DNA from: Phaeosaccion multiseriatum
Lineage: Eukaryota; Protista; Ochrophyta, other classes
NCBI GenBank assembly: GCA_965112735.1
Contig: OZ218950.1
Location: 3,534,001 to 3,598,000 of the forward strand
Length of the DNA: 64,000 bases
Direction: 5' to 3'
Shown here: positions 48,046 to 59,427 of the stretch, piece after piece
Layout: each line of letters begins with the position of its first letter
How positions within the stretch are numbered: the first letter of the stretch is position 1
Position numbers and translations under genes: made by a program
The notes under the pieces: generated by a model
Databases searched by the model: none
Told to the model about the DNA's origin: nothing
Seen by the model: only the letters and a program-made list of their open reading frames with translations

Positions 48046-48338
48046 TACGCTTGTTGGGGAAATTCGTGAGTCTATTTCTCGATAGCTGCGCTGTTAGGCC
48101 CTTTGTGGGGCACACTATGAGCTACTAGCACATGTCAATAGCTGATAGCGTGCGCGCTGGCACATGTCAATAGCTGATAGTGTGCCCCGGCCCTGACCGC
48201 CCTGCCCATATGCCTGGACTTACCCCCCCCCCCCCTCCATATTGGGGGGGGGCGGTAAAAGTAGCTGGGATAGAGGGCTGGCCGGCACCGGCAATAACTG
48301 GCAGCGTACTCGCTGACAGCTCAACTAGCGTGTCAGGG
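48046..48338. mobile_element. Second copy of family B repeat
   Basis: Shares blocks with 8823-9240; internal tandem GCACATGTCAATAGCTGATAG x2; imperfect inverted ends ACGCTTGTTG / CAACTAGCGT. Confidence 0.55.
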
Positions 48339-48391
48339 AAGGATCCCGATGTGCGCGGCTTTGGGGGAAAGCCACTTATAAACCCCTGGAT

Positions 48392-50477
48392 CTACCCCAC
48401 CTCCTCCCACTTGTTGAGGTTCTCTTGCAGCCGCTGTAGCTGGTGGCTCATGTCGATTTGGGGGAGGTCGCCAAAGGCCGTGTACAGCGGCATGACAATG
48501 GCGGTGATGAATCCCCTCTGAAATTTCGGCAGGGGCACCTTGGCGTGTCGATCCAAGGCGTACGACACCGTGAGCCCCGCTTCTCGCTCCCTGTCCCCCT
48601 GCTCGTAGAACTCGCCCATGATCATGTCTGTCCACTTTTGGTACAGCGTCCACTCCTTTGCTGGATTCCCCACGTCGGCAGCGTGCAGGACCACTTGCAA
48701 GGTCACGAGGATCACCTCTTGCCGGTCGGCCGGGTCTAAAAGCCCGTTGTGCAGGAGCTGCGGGCTCTCTGCGGTGGCCGTGTTCAAGGCTGCAATGTCC
48801 GCCATGCATGCGCCGTGCTGGTCGTTGTCCGTCATTAGGACCATGTGGATCACTTCTGCCCGGAATCTCTCAGAGAGGGCAACGTCCTGTTCAAGGTGAA
48901 GTGCCAAGAGTCAAGTGGACGGCGACAAAGGAGAGAGAGAGTGGGGGGGGAGGGGGGGGCGGGGGGGAGCGGATCTTATCGCGGGGCCACGGGGGGTAGA
49001 ATGAGTGAGCAAACAGTGAGTGAGGGCGGTGAAGGAAGGGAGAGACATGCAGACTCTCTTTCTCACACACACACACACATACACACACACACGCACAGGG
49101 GTGTGCCTGCCTGCTCCGCTAGCCAGACTCACACCTCACCTCGCCAATGACGCTCCCCTCCATAAAGTTGTTCCCTGATAGTCGCAGCGCCTTGAAGGCC
49201 GTGGAGGCGTGCATGTTCTCCAAGGGGCTGCAGTCATTGTAGGTGAGCGCCAGCTCGTCATTTGTGCGGGTTAGGAAGCGATTGTTTACTCCCGGGTGCC
49301 CAACGTCATGGACGGCCGCTGCAAAGAGCAAAGCCAGCTGCTTGGGACCCTGCAGCTCCAGTGCGTCACTCACGCCGCAGCTGGTGAGCATGTGGAAGCA
49401 TGTTTGGGTAATGTCGGCTCCGTGCATGGCATTGTGGTAGAGATTTGGTAGATACAGCTGCTGAATGGCTCGGAAGAAGCTCACCATCTTGGCGGCGTCC
49501 AATCGCAAGGACTGCACAAGACTAAGCTCGGATATTGCTGCAGTCGCCACCACCGTCAGTACATCTGGTGTGGCTCTCTGCAGTTCAAAGACGTCAAAGT
49601 CCGCGCGGCGGAGGTTCTGTAGATGCCGCATAATCAGCTGAATTTTGGAGGGGTAGAACTTACCCAGAGTTTCATGGGCCCTCATCCTCGCTGAGGCATC
49701 GCCCCCCATCATCATGACCTTCTTGAGCGAGTTTTGCTTCTTTTCCAGGAACGGCGCCGCCGCTTGGGAAGGGCTTGTAGGCAGCTCCTTCTTCGCACTC
49801 CCACTCTCCGGACTGGGCTTGAGCCCCTGCATAGCATTTTCCAGCTCGGCTCCTACTATTTCTGTAATATCCCCACCCTCATTTGCGCAATTCTCAGTCT
49901 TGAGGTGGATAGGCAGCCGGCACGCCATCTCTCCACCGGGAGCAGCAGGAGCAGCGGCAGCAGTAGTAGCAGTAGCCGTAGCAGTAGCATCAGGAGATGC
50001 ATACGCAGTAGCCGCAGTTCCTCCCACTGCATCGTTGGACAGCCCCACCCTCACCTCCCCCAAGCTCCTTCCCCGCACAGGCAACTTGCCCCCTTCGTCG
50101 CGCTCACGCTCACCGTCCAACGAGTGCAGACTCGCCGTCAGAGAGTTGGATCTCCTCATATTCAAGCTCCAGCTCCTCGTCTTGCCGCGACCAAGGCTTG
50201 GCCTACTTCCCCTGCCCCCATCCACCGTGTAGGTGGCCTCGAAGAATTCCTTCAGGTCCCCATCGAACAGATCGGGATGGGCCATGAAGGTGTCCACCAT
50301 GTCTTTGTACACATCCCTCTGCTGCGCTTGCGTCTGCAGGTGGCTTATCACCTCCTTCAGAGAGCGCAACTCGTTGAAAGAAAGCACCCCGTCCAAAGAC
50401 CCATCTTCGTTGGCCTCGTAATGAGCCTCCAATCGGCTCAACACATTTACAGCTTCATCAACTCGGGCTTCCTCCAT
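48392..50477 (-). CDS. Class I cyclic-nucleotide phosphodiesterase (exons 50477-49140, 48886-48392)
   Basis: YHNAMHGADITQ, AAVHDVGHPGVNNRFL, YNDCSPLENMH, VLMTD, LHAADVGNPAK, EFYEQGDRE, FQRGFI. Confidence 0.95.
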
Positions 50478-50688
50478 TTTTTACAACAGTTTCCTGACCA
50501 ATTACGCATATATCGAGCCCCGCGCGAGGACAAGCATCATGAGAACAAGGCGCGTAACACAAACGGCTGTCACTCTCCTTGTATGTCGTCAGGAAAAGGT
50601 GGAATTAATTAAAGGGAGGGGGAATCGCCGGTTTTCCCGGCCGGATGGCACTCTATTACTCTTTTCTCTTTGCGACCAATGGTAATGT

Positions 50689-51754
50689 ATGGAAATAACA
50701 AGGGCCCTCCTGACTCATCTCGTGGTGTGTCTTCTGGGGGCCCCCTTTGCAGGTAAGGAGGAGGAAGGAAACTGTTCTCCCGTGCTTGTGAATGCCTAGG
50801 ACTTGACTCGTACCCAACACCACCCCCACAGCCTCCTATGTAGGCATCGGTCTTAGCAGCAGCCGGCCAGCTGCTGCGGCGGCGGGCAGATCCAGCAGTG
50901 CACTATGGGGGGCGGGAGCGGAGAATGTTTGCGGGGAGAAAGGGGTTGAAGGGGTCCCAAAGAAGCGCGCCACCACCAAGAAGCTGCAGAGGCCTTCAAA
51001 GATGAGGGCAGATGAGATTTTGGTGCGTCGTGGCATTGCAGTGGACGCCAAAGAGGCTGCGGCGCTGTGTATGGCGGGGGATGTCTTTGTTAAGAACGAC
51101 CAGCGGGTGTCCTCTCCTGCGACGAAGCTGGCCGAGACTGAGGTCTTTCGCATTCGGCAGCGGAAGGGCCACATGTGGGCGTCTCGAGGCGGCCTGAAGC
51201 TGGAGCACGCCGTGAAGGATTTTGACTTGGTGGACCTTTTGCGAGGGGCCAGCGCCATTGACGTTGGCTGCTCGACGGGAGGCTTTACGGACGTTCTTTT
51301 GCACTTTGGAGCGAGAAGGGTCTTTGCTGTGGACGTGGGGTACTGCTTGTTGGACTACCGACTGCGGATGGACAAGAGAGTCAAGGTTCTGGAGAGGCAG
51401 AATGCCAGGTACCTCACCAGAGAGCACGTGGACGAAGAAGCTGTGGACGTGGTGGTTTGCGACGCCAGCTTTATCTCCTTGGAGCTCGTGCTCCCCGCGG
51501 CAATGGGCCTGGTCAGGCCGGGGGGTTCTCTGGTCTGCCTCGTCAAGCCCCAGTTCGAGGCCGAGAGGGAGGACGTGGGGGAAGGCGGTCTCGTGGCCTC
51601 GGACGAAATTCATCAGCAAGTGTGCGGCAAGGCCAAGGAGTGGCTCTCCGCGCAGCGAGGGTGGCGCTTTCGAGACATGATTGAGAGTCCCATACGGGGA
51701 GCGGAAAGGGGGAATATTGAGTTCCTCATGCACGGCGTCAAGGAGGAGGAGTGA
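50689..51754 (+). CDS. tlyA: TlyA-family S4 + FtsJ rRNA 2'-O-methyltransferase with bipartite targeting peptide (exons 50689-50752, 50832-51754)
   Basis: MRADEILVRRG, ASRGGLKL, IDVGCSTGGFTDVLL, AVDVG, CDASFISL, LVKPQFE, ESPIRGAERGNIEF. In-phase short exon MEITRALLTHLVVCLLGAPFA|ASY. Confidence 0.92.
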
Positions 51755-52036
51755 GCAGAGTGTGAACATGATTGTCTGAGAATTGATGAGACGCGTGCTT
51801 CGAGCAACGGAGCCGGACGAGCTCTTTCCGCGAGAAGCTAAGCCAAGCCAAGCGTGGAGGGGTGTGTAAATTGGGGGAGTGCCTGTTGGTGCTGACTCGA
51901 ACAAAACACCCAAGATCTAGAAGGAGTCTTGGAAGGCGGAGAAGCAGCACCAGTATTGATGGTGGCGCTTGTGTAGAGGAGTGGCGCCTTCTTGCAGTTG
52001 CCTTGAACCCCATGCGCCTTTGCAATGACAAGCAAA

Positions 52037-52075
<39 letters not shown>

Positions 52076-52233
52076 CATACTGGTGGCGCATGTGTAGAGG
52101 ACTCGTGCCTACTTGCACTTTTTAAAAAATTTATGACAAGATGTGTGATTATTTATACCGGTGCGGTTGAACACTGGCCAATCTGCTGATATCAAATCTC
52201 TAATGTGTTCATAACTCGTACGTAAACTTGCTG

Positions 52234-53229
52234 CTATACAATGGTCAGCGCTTCCAGCGTATTGACCTTCTCGAAGATATGGGTGGCGTGCGCCTCCCCC
52301 CCCGCCTTGGGTTTCCGCACGACCTGAGTTAGCACTAGTCGCTGCCCATCCCCCGAGAGGCGGCGGATGGCCAGCGTCTCTGTGCCTTCCCCTTGCTGCA
52401 CGCTTGTGATGATGATCTGATCCAGCTCCCCGTTCCCAGTGCCGTCCCCCCAATAGATGGTGCAGTCAAACGAAGCATTGCCACGCATCTCTGAGCGGCT
52501 CTCGTCACCAATAATGTAGTGCTGGTCCACCTTGCTGAGCCCACTCTTGATGACTAGTCGAAAGTAATCGTCGTCGTGGTCGATGATGTGAAGGGGGCGT
52601 TTCAGGGAGGCCCTTTTCGCTGCCTTGGGCCCCACCCCACTAAAGACCAGGAGCTCCTCAAAGCCTGACACCTCCACCCTTCTCCACACCCCGCTGAAGT
52701 TGGGCTTCCTTTCCTTCATCAGTGCCTCTGAGAAGTCTTCGCCGTCCCACGATCTTGTCGGGAACTCCTTATTCTTCCGCTTCGGCGACGCCTCCGAGGG
52801 ATTCTTTGTGAGAAGAGCGTCTTTTCGGAAGAGCGCGTACGGCGTTGTGCTCAGGTCCACGAAGATGGGACTGCGGTCGTATTCCTCACAGGTGTAGCCT
52901 AGCAAGCTGCTTTCCTCTGCCGCAAAAGTCACCCTCTTCCCACAGCCCAGCCGGTTGTCCCTGTCTGAACAGGGCGACGGTGGAGCCGTCGACTGCTCAT
53001 ACGATGCCAATCTATTGAGCTCCTGCAGCTTGACGCTCCCCGCCTCATAAGCGGGCGACTGTCCCCGCTTTACTACAATTCGCTGCCTCGAAGATTGTAG
53101 CGGCCGAGACCTAGCCACGCTACAGGCCAGATCAGGACACCGACCCAGCGCCAGCGGCGGCGGCGGCGGCGGCACTCGCTGCATAGCCTCCTGCTGCTGC
53201 CCGCCCCTTGAGTTGCAATGGGGAGTCAT
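52234..53229 (-). CDS. Protein with RVxF/YDR PP1-docking-like module and C-terminal FABP/calycin-like domain, intronless
   Basis: KRVTFA...EEYDRSPI; NFSGVWRRVEVSGFEELLVFSGVG (FABP-type GxW + helix-turn-helix), ending RRLSGDGQRLVLT...ATHIFEKV. Confidence 0.72.
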   Translation of the reverse strand: MTPHCNSRGGQQQEAMQRVPPPPPPLALGRCPDLACSVARSRPLQSSRQRIVVKRGQSPAYEAGSVKLQELNRLASYEQSTAPPSPCSDRDNRLGCGKRVTFAAEESSLLGYTCEEYDRSPIFVDLSTTPYALFRKDALLTKNPSEASPKRKNKEFPTRSWDGEDFSEALMKERKPNFSGVWRRVEVSGFEELLVFSGVGPKAAKRASLKRPLHIIDHDDDYFRLVIKSGLSKVDQHYIIGDESRSEMRGNASFDCTIYWGDGTGNGELDQIIITSVQQGEGTETLAIRRLSGDGQRLVLTQVVRKPKAGGEAHATHIFEKVNTLEALTIV

Positions 53230-54099
53230 CTTATATTTCTACGCCCCTATATTCTTCTGTTCTGTCTCCTCTTGCTCTTGGTCTCTTTACGCCATGCTGC
53301 TATTCAGGTCCCCTAAATGCTTCCCACCAGTCCATCCCCGCGCACAACACTCGCCTCCTGGCTTCACGCTATGCCCCCCTCCTTCCTATCCCCTGCTCTA
53401 CTATCTCCTCTCTGCGTTGGCTTGTCCTTTCTTCAATGCGCCCCTTTATTAAGCTTTTCAAAGGGGCCGACAACACTGCAAAAAGTGAGGTGGAATTTCA
53501 GAAAATCAATTCACAGAAAAAAAAGAAGGCCACATCACCATCGCCGATAAGTCAACAAGTAACCGCCCAAGAAGCTGATCGGACACTCGTTGTACCCCAG
53601 ACAGGATGTTGAGATAAATCGACGTCGACACTGGATATCGATCTCTTTTATCCCTTCCTCCTTTCTTCCTTCCACTCTTGTAGCTAATAAGACGCTTTCC
53701 CACAACCCGTGCAAGTGCGGCGCTGATCTCTAAGAGAGATATCCCAACACGACAATTGTGGTGATGGCAAAAAAAAATAGCCTGCCTGGTGAAGAAGGGC
53801 GTGGTGCGTGTTGTGTGTGGGTGTTTGGATGTGGAAGCGAAGGAGATGCACACCAACACCAACGTGACCGCCCCTTCTCAACAGCTCCTAGCCTCCTGTT
53901 GACTCCGATCTGTCTACGGGAGAAGTGTGCGATGATGAATGTTCCGATGGCTCGTGATGTGTACTTACACACACATACGTCCCCCACTGGTGCTATGGAG
54001 GCTTAGAAGTGCCACCTAAGGTCCAGCCCATAGCAGTTCGGTGGCACTTGTAGGCCTCCATAGTGCGCCTCTCCTTCCTGCGTGAGGTCCGGATCTTAA

Positions 54100-54760
54100 C
54101 CCCCTCACCCCTACCACGCTCCATAGCTAACCTGCTGGAGAGGCTCCCAGGTACGCTCGTCGGCTTCGAAGCCAACCCAATGTAAGAGCACCCCGTAGTC
54201 GCCGTGCCAAGGTATCCGATGACTCAATGTGGGTCATCAGCTTCGTGGTGATGGCTGTCCAAAGAAGAGTCCTTGTAGAACATGAGCCGCTCGGCATGAC
54301 CGTAAGCTGCTAACCGCCGAGGAGGTGTTGAATAAGGTAGACGTGAGCGTAGAAGCACTCTGTAAGGCCCACGCCAGGTGGCCGTGAGCTTGTGCATGCG
54401 GCCCTTCTTGCATACAGAGCTGCCAGGCCATGGACGTTGGGAAGAGCGCCCTTGGAGGCTGACTTGCGTCCCGCAGTTCTCTGCTTCTGACGCGTGTCAT
54501 CAACAGGATTGTGAATCCCGTCCAGAGCCTGCCGCGTATCAACCAGGATGGCCAGAAGCTTCATCGTGCTGATGGGCTCGAGACCTGCCACTGCCCGCCC
54601 CTCCAGCCAAGTCAAGCTTCGTAGGCTAGCTCCGCTGAAACCACAGCCTGGGGTTGCTGACCCGTGATGATCTCCAAGGGAGACAGACTGGTTCGCTTGC
54701 TTGCGCACTAATGAGGTGAGGTCATACATTAACAAAGGCAAGACCGACTCCACTCGCTCC
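54100..54760 (-). mobile_element. Decayed Ty3/gypsy (chromovirus-type) integrase C-terminus + chromodomain
   Basis: Across frameshifts: HKLTATWRGPYRV (GPY/F motif, ~54359-54398), HVYLIQHLLGG, HAERLMFYKDSSLD (~54260-54298), chromodomain YGVLLHWVGFEADERTWEPLQQV (~54137-54209). Confidence 0.8.
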
Positions 54761-55476
54761 GTAGCTTGGGGGGGGGGGTTGGGGGGGAATGATAGACTAT
54801 CCTCCCCCCGGAGTGTGGTGCAGCAGAGCGTGAGATATTGGTCTGGGGGGGCGCTTTTCAGGACAGCCCGCCGGCCGGAGTTGAGGTGTTATTGTCGACC
54901 TGGTACTGTGGAAGCCCATAGCAGCCAGAAGGTTTTTAACCGCAGTGGAGGCTTCGTGCCCATCCTTCTTCCGGCTCGTTACCAGGATTTGCTTCGAAGC
55001 AGATGCAGCGTGGGGTGGAGCAGCAGTAGCAGTTGTAGTTGGAGCTTATAAGAACCGACGGGCCGCAAGCTTTGAGCTCCTGTGTGCCGGGAAATTCAAC
55101 GGTGCTATCCCGCTTTGGTAATTTAGTACGTTTTCTTTTTCAGATATTTTTGTTCCCCCTCAGAGGTTAAAAATGCTGAGGTCACCCTTTTCTGTTTTTT
55201 TTACAAAATGGTGACATCATCCCAGACGACGAGGCGCCCACGACGTAGGCCAGCTGTAAAAAAAAGCTGAAAAAAACGCAGGATAGGGGGGATAAAGAAG
55301 GGAAAGATAGTGCAGGAGAGCACAGAGGGAGAGAGGAGACACGGCACATTAGAGAGAGGAGGGAGGGAGAAAGAGAGGCGCGAGAACGAGAAGGGGCCGT
55401 GCCTGCAAGCTGGGTGTCCAGTCAGCCAGCGGAGGATGGGACACACCGGGCGGAGAGTATTGCAATAGCTCCACGT

Positions 55477-55710
55477 ATGGAGTCTGGCGACCATGCCGCG
55501 GATACAATGAGCCAAGTACATTATCCCACTCCGACTCCTCCTGATGCTGGAGGAGCTGTTGAGGATGTGGAGGCGACTGCGGCTCCCAGCGCGGGAGATG
55601 CAACGACGCCAGAGGGAGGACGGGCAGGTCAAGGGGTGAGGGTGGGTGAAGTAGTAGCAGTCCGCGCGCAGGCAGGGTGGTCGTTCCCCGGTGCCTTTTC
55701 GGGGGTGTCT

Positions 55711-55761
<51 letters not shown>

Positions 55762-56168
55762 CTCTTGCAGCAGCAGCAGCAGCACCAGCAGCAGCAGCAG
55801 CAGCAGCGGACGGAGCTCTATGCCAGGGGAGTCTACCCCCCTCCGCAGTATCGCGCAGCGGCAGCGCCCTTCCAGGCAGCAGCGCAGCACGCATCGGCAT
55901 CAGCAGCTCCGTACCACGCGTTCCCTCATCATCTGGCGCACGCGCACCACGTACAGATGATGCCAAACCAAAATAGCTCTTCGTTTTACCATCAGCAGCA
56001 GCAGCAGCAGCAGCAGCAGATGTACCAGCCCCACTCACAATTTATGGGCCAGCAGCAGCAACAGCAACAGCAGGCAGAACAGCCAGGCGAGCCGCCACCG
56101 CCGCCGCAGTCGCAGTCGCAGTCGCAGTCGCCCCCACAGCAACAACACCAACACCCGCCCCCATCGCC

Positions 56169-56206
<38 letters not shown>

Positions 56207-57058
56207 TTGCGTTGCCTTACATTTACCGGCCCGGAGCGGGTGCTCACGGCCAGGGTATGATGGTACCCATCCCTGGCATTCCTCTCGTCCAGCAACAGCA
56301 GGCCCAGCAGCACGCACAATTGCTCCACCAGCAGCAGCAGCAGCAGCAGCAGGAGCGGGCTGCAGCGGCGGCCGCAGCGGCCCATGTGCAGCACCAGCAG
56401 GAGGCGAGGAAACTAGAGATGGCGACACAAATGGCAGCGGCGGCTTCTACCGCCACCACTGCCGCCGCCGCTGCTGTGGCCCTGGCTGCCCAGCAGCAAG
56501 CGTCCAAGGCTGCGGCTGCTGTGGGTTTGCCCGAGCCCAAGGTGAACGACGACATGCTCTATGGTGCGGCGGCGGCGGCTGCGCTTGGGATGGTTGGCGG
56601 CGGAGACGCCGCTGCTGCTGAGGCTGGGAGGTCCAGCGGGGCCTCGTCTCCGGGACCGGGGCCGCTGGCAGCAGCGGCAGCATCGTCATCCGCAGCGTCC
56701 TTGTCCGACGGGGAGCTGGACGATCAGGACGACAATGGGAGCATTGGGGGGGGGGCAGTGTCGTCCTCGGACGGCGTCAGTGGCAGTGGTGGTAGCGAGG
56801 TGGGGGAGTGGAAGGGGCGGAGGGTGAGGCTGAGCTCTGAGGAGCGGCTGCAGCGCAGTAGGGAGCGCAACCGCCTGCACGCACGCAAGACTCGGCAGCG
56901 TAAGAAGCTGCAGGTGCAGCTGATGCAGCACCGCGCGCTGGAGCTCAAGGAGGAGCAGCGAAGGCTGTTTCAGGTGCTCAAAGATCGCAAGACGGCGAGC
57001 ATACTGCTGGGCTTGAGCGGGGGTGGGGAGGGGGACAGCAGCGCGGGTGGTAGCGGAG

Positions 57059-57089
<31 letters not shown>

Positions 57090-59076
57090 CGGCGGGGGTG
57101 GGGGTGGGGGGGTTGGTGGTGGTGCGGGGTCGACGAAAACGAATGGTGCGACGGGCTTGACTCTGAGCGATTGTGGCAGTGGCAGCGACACCGACCACGG
57201 CGCTGACAAGAGCCTCAGTCCGGAGCTGCAGGCTGCGAATGCTGCCGTCGCGGCCTCAGCGCCTAATGCCGCCGACAGCTTCCCGCTCATGCGCAAGGAC
57301 CGCTCCGAGTGCACCGCCGAGGAGCTGGAGATGATCCGCAGAGAGCAAAACAGGATGCACGCCAAGAGGACCCGGGATCGGAAAAAGATTTACCTCGAAG
57401 AGACAGAGAACAGCATCACTCGACTAGAGATCAACAACAAGCGGCTACGGGAGAAGATTGGGCGGCTGGGCATTCCTTTGAAGGATGAGGCCCTCGTTGC
57501 CAAGCCGGAGGGTAGTCAGCAGCCGCAGCCGCAGCACCAGCACCAGCAGCAGCAGGCGCCTCAGCAGGCGTCTCAGCAGGTGTCTCAGCAGGCGTCTCAG
57601 CACGAGCAGCAGGACCTTCATCAGCAGCACCAGCACCAGCACCAGCACCTCTACCCGCCGCCGCCGCCGCTGCTGCACCATCCGCACCTTCACCACGTCT
57701 TGCACCCACCAGCCCTGCCCGCCAGTCAGCAGCACCACCACCCACTTCTTCACCCAATGCTCAAGACGGGCCATCGCCACCCGCACCAGCATGCGCCCCA
57801 GCTGCAGCTGCCATCTCTGCCTTCGCTGCCACTTCACTCCCACCTACAGCATCCTCTCCCCCCTCAGCTTCACTTCCACCTCCCCCACCATCACCAAGGA
57901 GTAGGCCTACCGCATCACGTCAGCACTGCCGCCACCGCCGCCACCATGGCTGCACCGGGCCCCGTCAGTGGTAGCAGTAGCAGGGCGCATGCTCCTGGCT
58001 CCACCAAGACTTCTGTTGCTTCTTCTGCGTCGACCTTGGGCAGTACAGCAAGCATGGAGTGCAGCGCCGGCAGCGATGGCTCTGGCTCCAGCAGCGGCAG
58101 CGGTCGGCGGCGGCAGCGCTTCCCGAGCAATGAGGACATTCGGTCGGAGACTAGCAGTGGCTCGGGGGACAGTGGCAGCAACAATGGCAGCACGGGAGGA
58201 GGGTCCGACAATAGCAGCAGCACCTCCTCTTCCTCCAAAAGCAACGGCGGCGGAATTGACGGAAACAACAATGCCATTCCCGACCGAGATCGGAGTGCCT
58301 CAGAAGAAGGCAGCAACTGCAGCAGCAGCAGCAGCAGCAGCAGCAGCGGCGACGGCGGTGACAATGCGGCGCAAAGTATCAACAATGGCTCTTCCGACGA
58401 CGGCCGGACATCGCGGGAAGGAGGAAACAGCGGCAGCAGTGGGAGCGGCAATAGCGGTGGCGAGGGCAGCAGTGTGGACGAGAGCACCGCCCGGAGCGGC
58501 AAGGCGAGTCGCGAGGGGGGCTGTGGTGCTCGAGGCAGCGGCAGCAAGGCTGCCAAGGGCCGCAACGAGGTGGACAGCAGTGACACGGGCTCTGATGGGG
58601 AGGACGGAAGCGCCAGCAGCACCACCACCGATCACGATACTGTTCACCACCCAAGCAGTGACGGCTGGACGCTCAAGGGCAGGGGCGAGGGGGAGGGGTC
58701 TTGTTCGCCTGCCTCGTCGTCCTCCCAAGCCACGTCCACGGCGGAACGGCGCTCCACCTCCCAGCAGCGCTCGCCGAGCCCGGGCAGCACCAGCAGCGGA
58801 AGCACGGGAAGTGGTGCCGCACATTCCACCAGTGCCGGCGGGAGTCTCAGCGGTAGCACTAGCAGTAGCGGTGGTGGGGAGAGTCTTAGTGGGAGTAGCG
58901 GCAGTGGTGGGGGTGAGAGCAGCACACGTTGCGGGGTGAGCGATTCCAGGAATTTGCTCAAGAAGCGCAAGCTCCCGGACCAAAATCCCACGGAGGCGCA
59001 GAGGAAACGGGAAAAGGCTAGCGACGGTCACCACCATCACCACCACCACAAGCAGCAGAATCAACAAGTACAATAG
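55477..59076 (+). CDS. Large low-complexity transcription factor with two bZIP domains
   Basis: EERLQRSRERNRLHARKTRQRKK + heptads; EMIRREQNRMHAKRTRDRKK + heptads; poly-Q, poly-G, His-rich and Ser-rich tracts; one uninterrupted ORF. Confidence 0.85.
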
Positions 59077-59427
59077 AACTGGGGGGGGGCTTTTTTTAAG
59101 ATCCGGGCCTCATCCTTTAGATAGGGCTATGTATAAAGCAAACCGTCAATAAATAGACAACAATGATTCAAAGGAGGAGGAGGATTGAATTTTTCGAGTT
59201 TGGGAGAGCGCAACAAAACGTCGGTGGGAGAACCGCAGCTCTTCGTGTAGCTATTTGAGATGCCTATCGATCCCATAGTCTTTCGGCTTTCATCGCTCTT
59301 CCGCTTCCCTGCTTGTCAGTATGTCTGCAAGAGCACTCCCCCTTGCGATTTGGGTGATTCTTACGCAAGTCGAGTGTTAATTTTTAACTTCGTTCCTTTG
59401 TGTAACTGCTTGTTGACTCGGCCGGCC

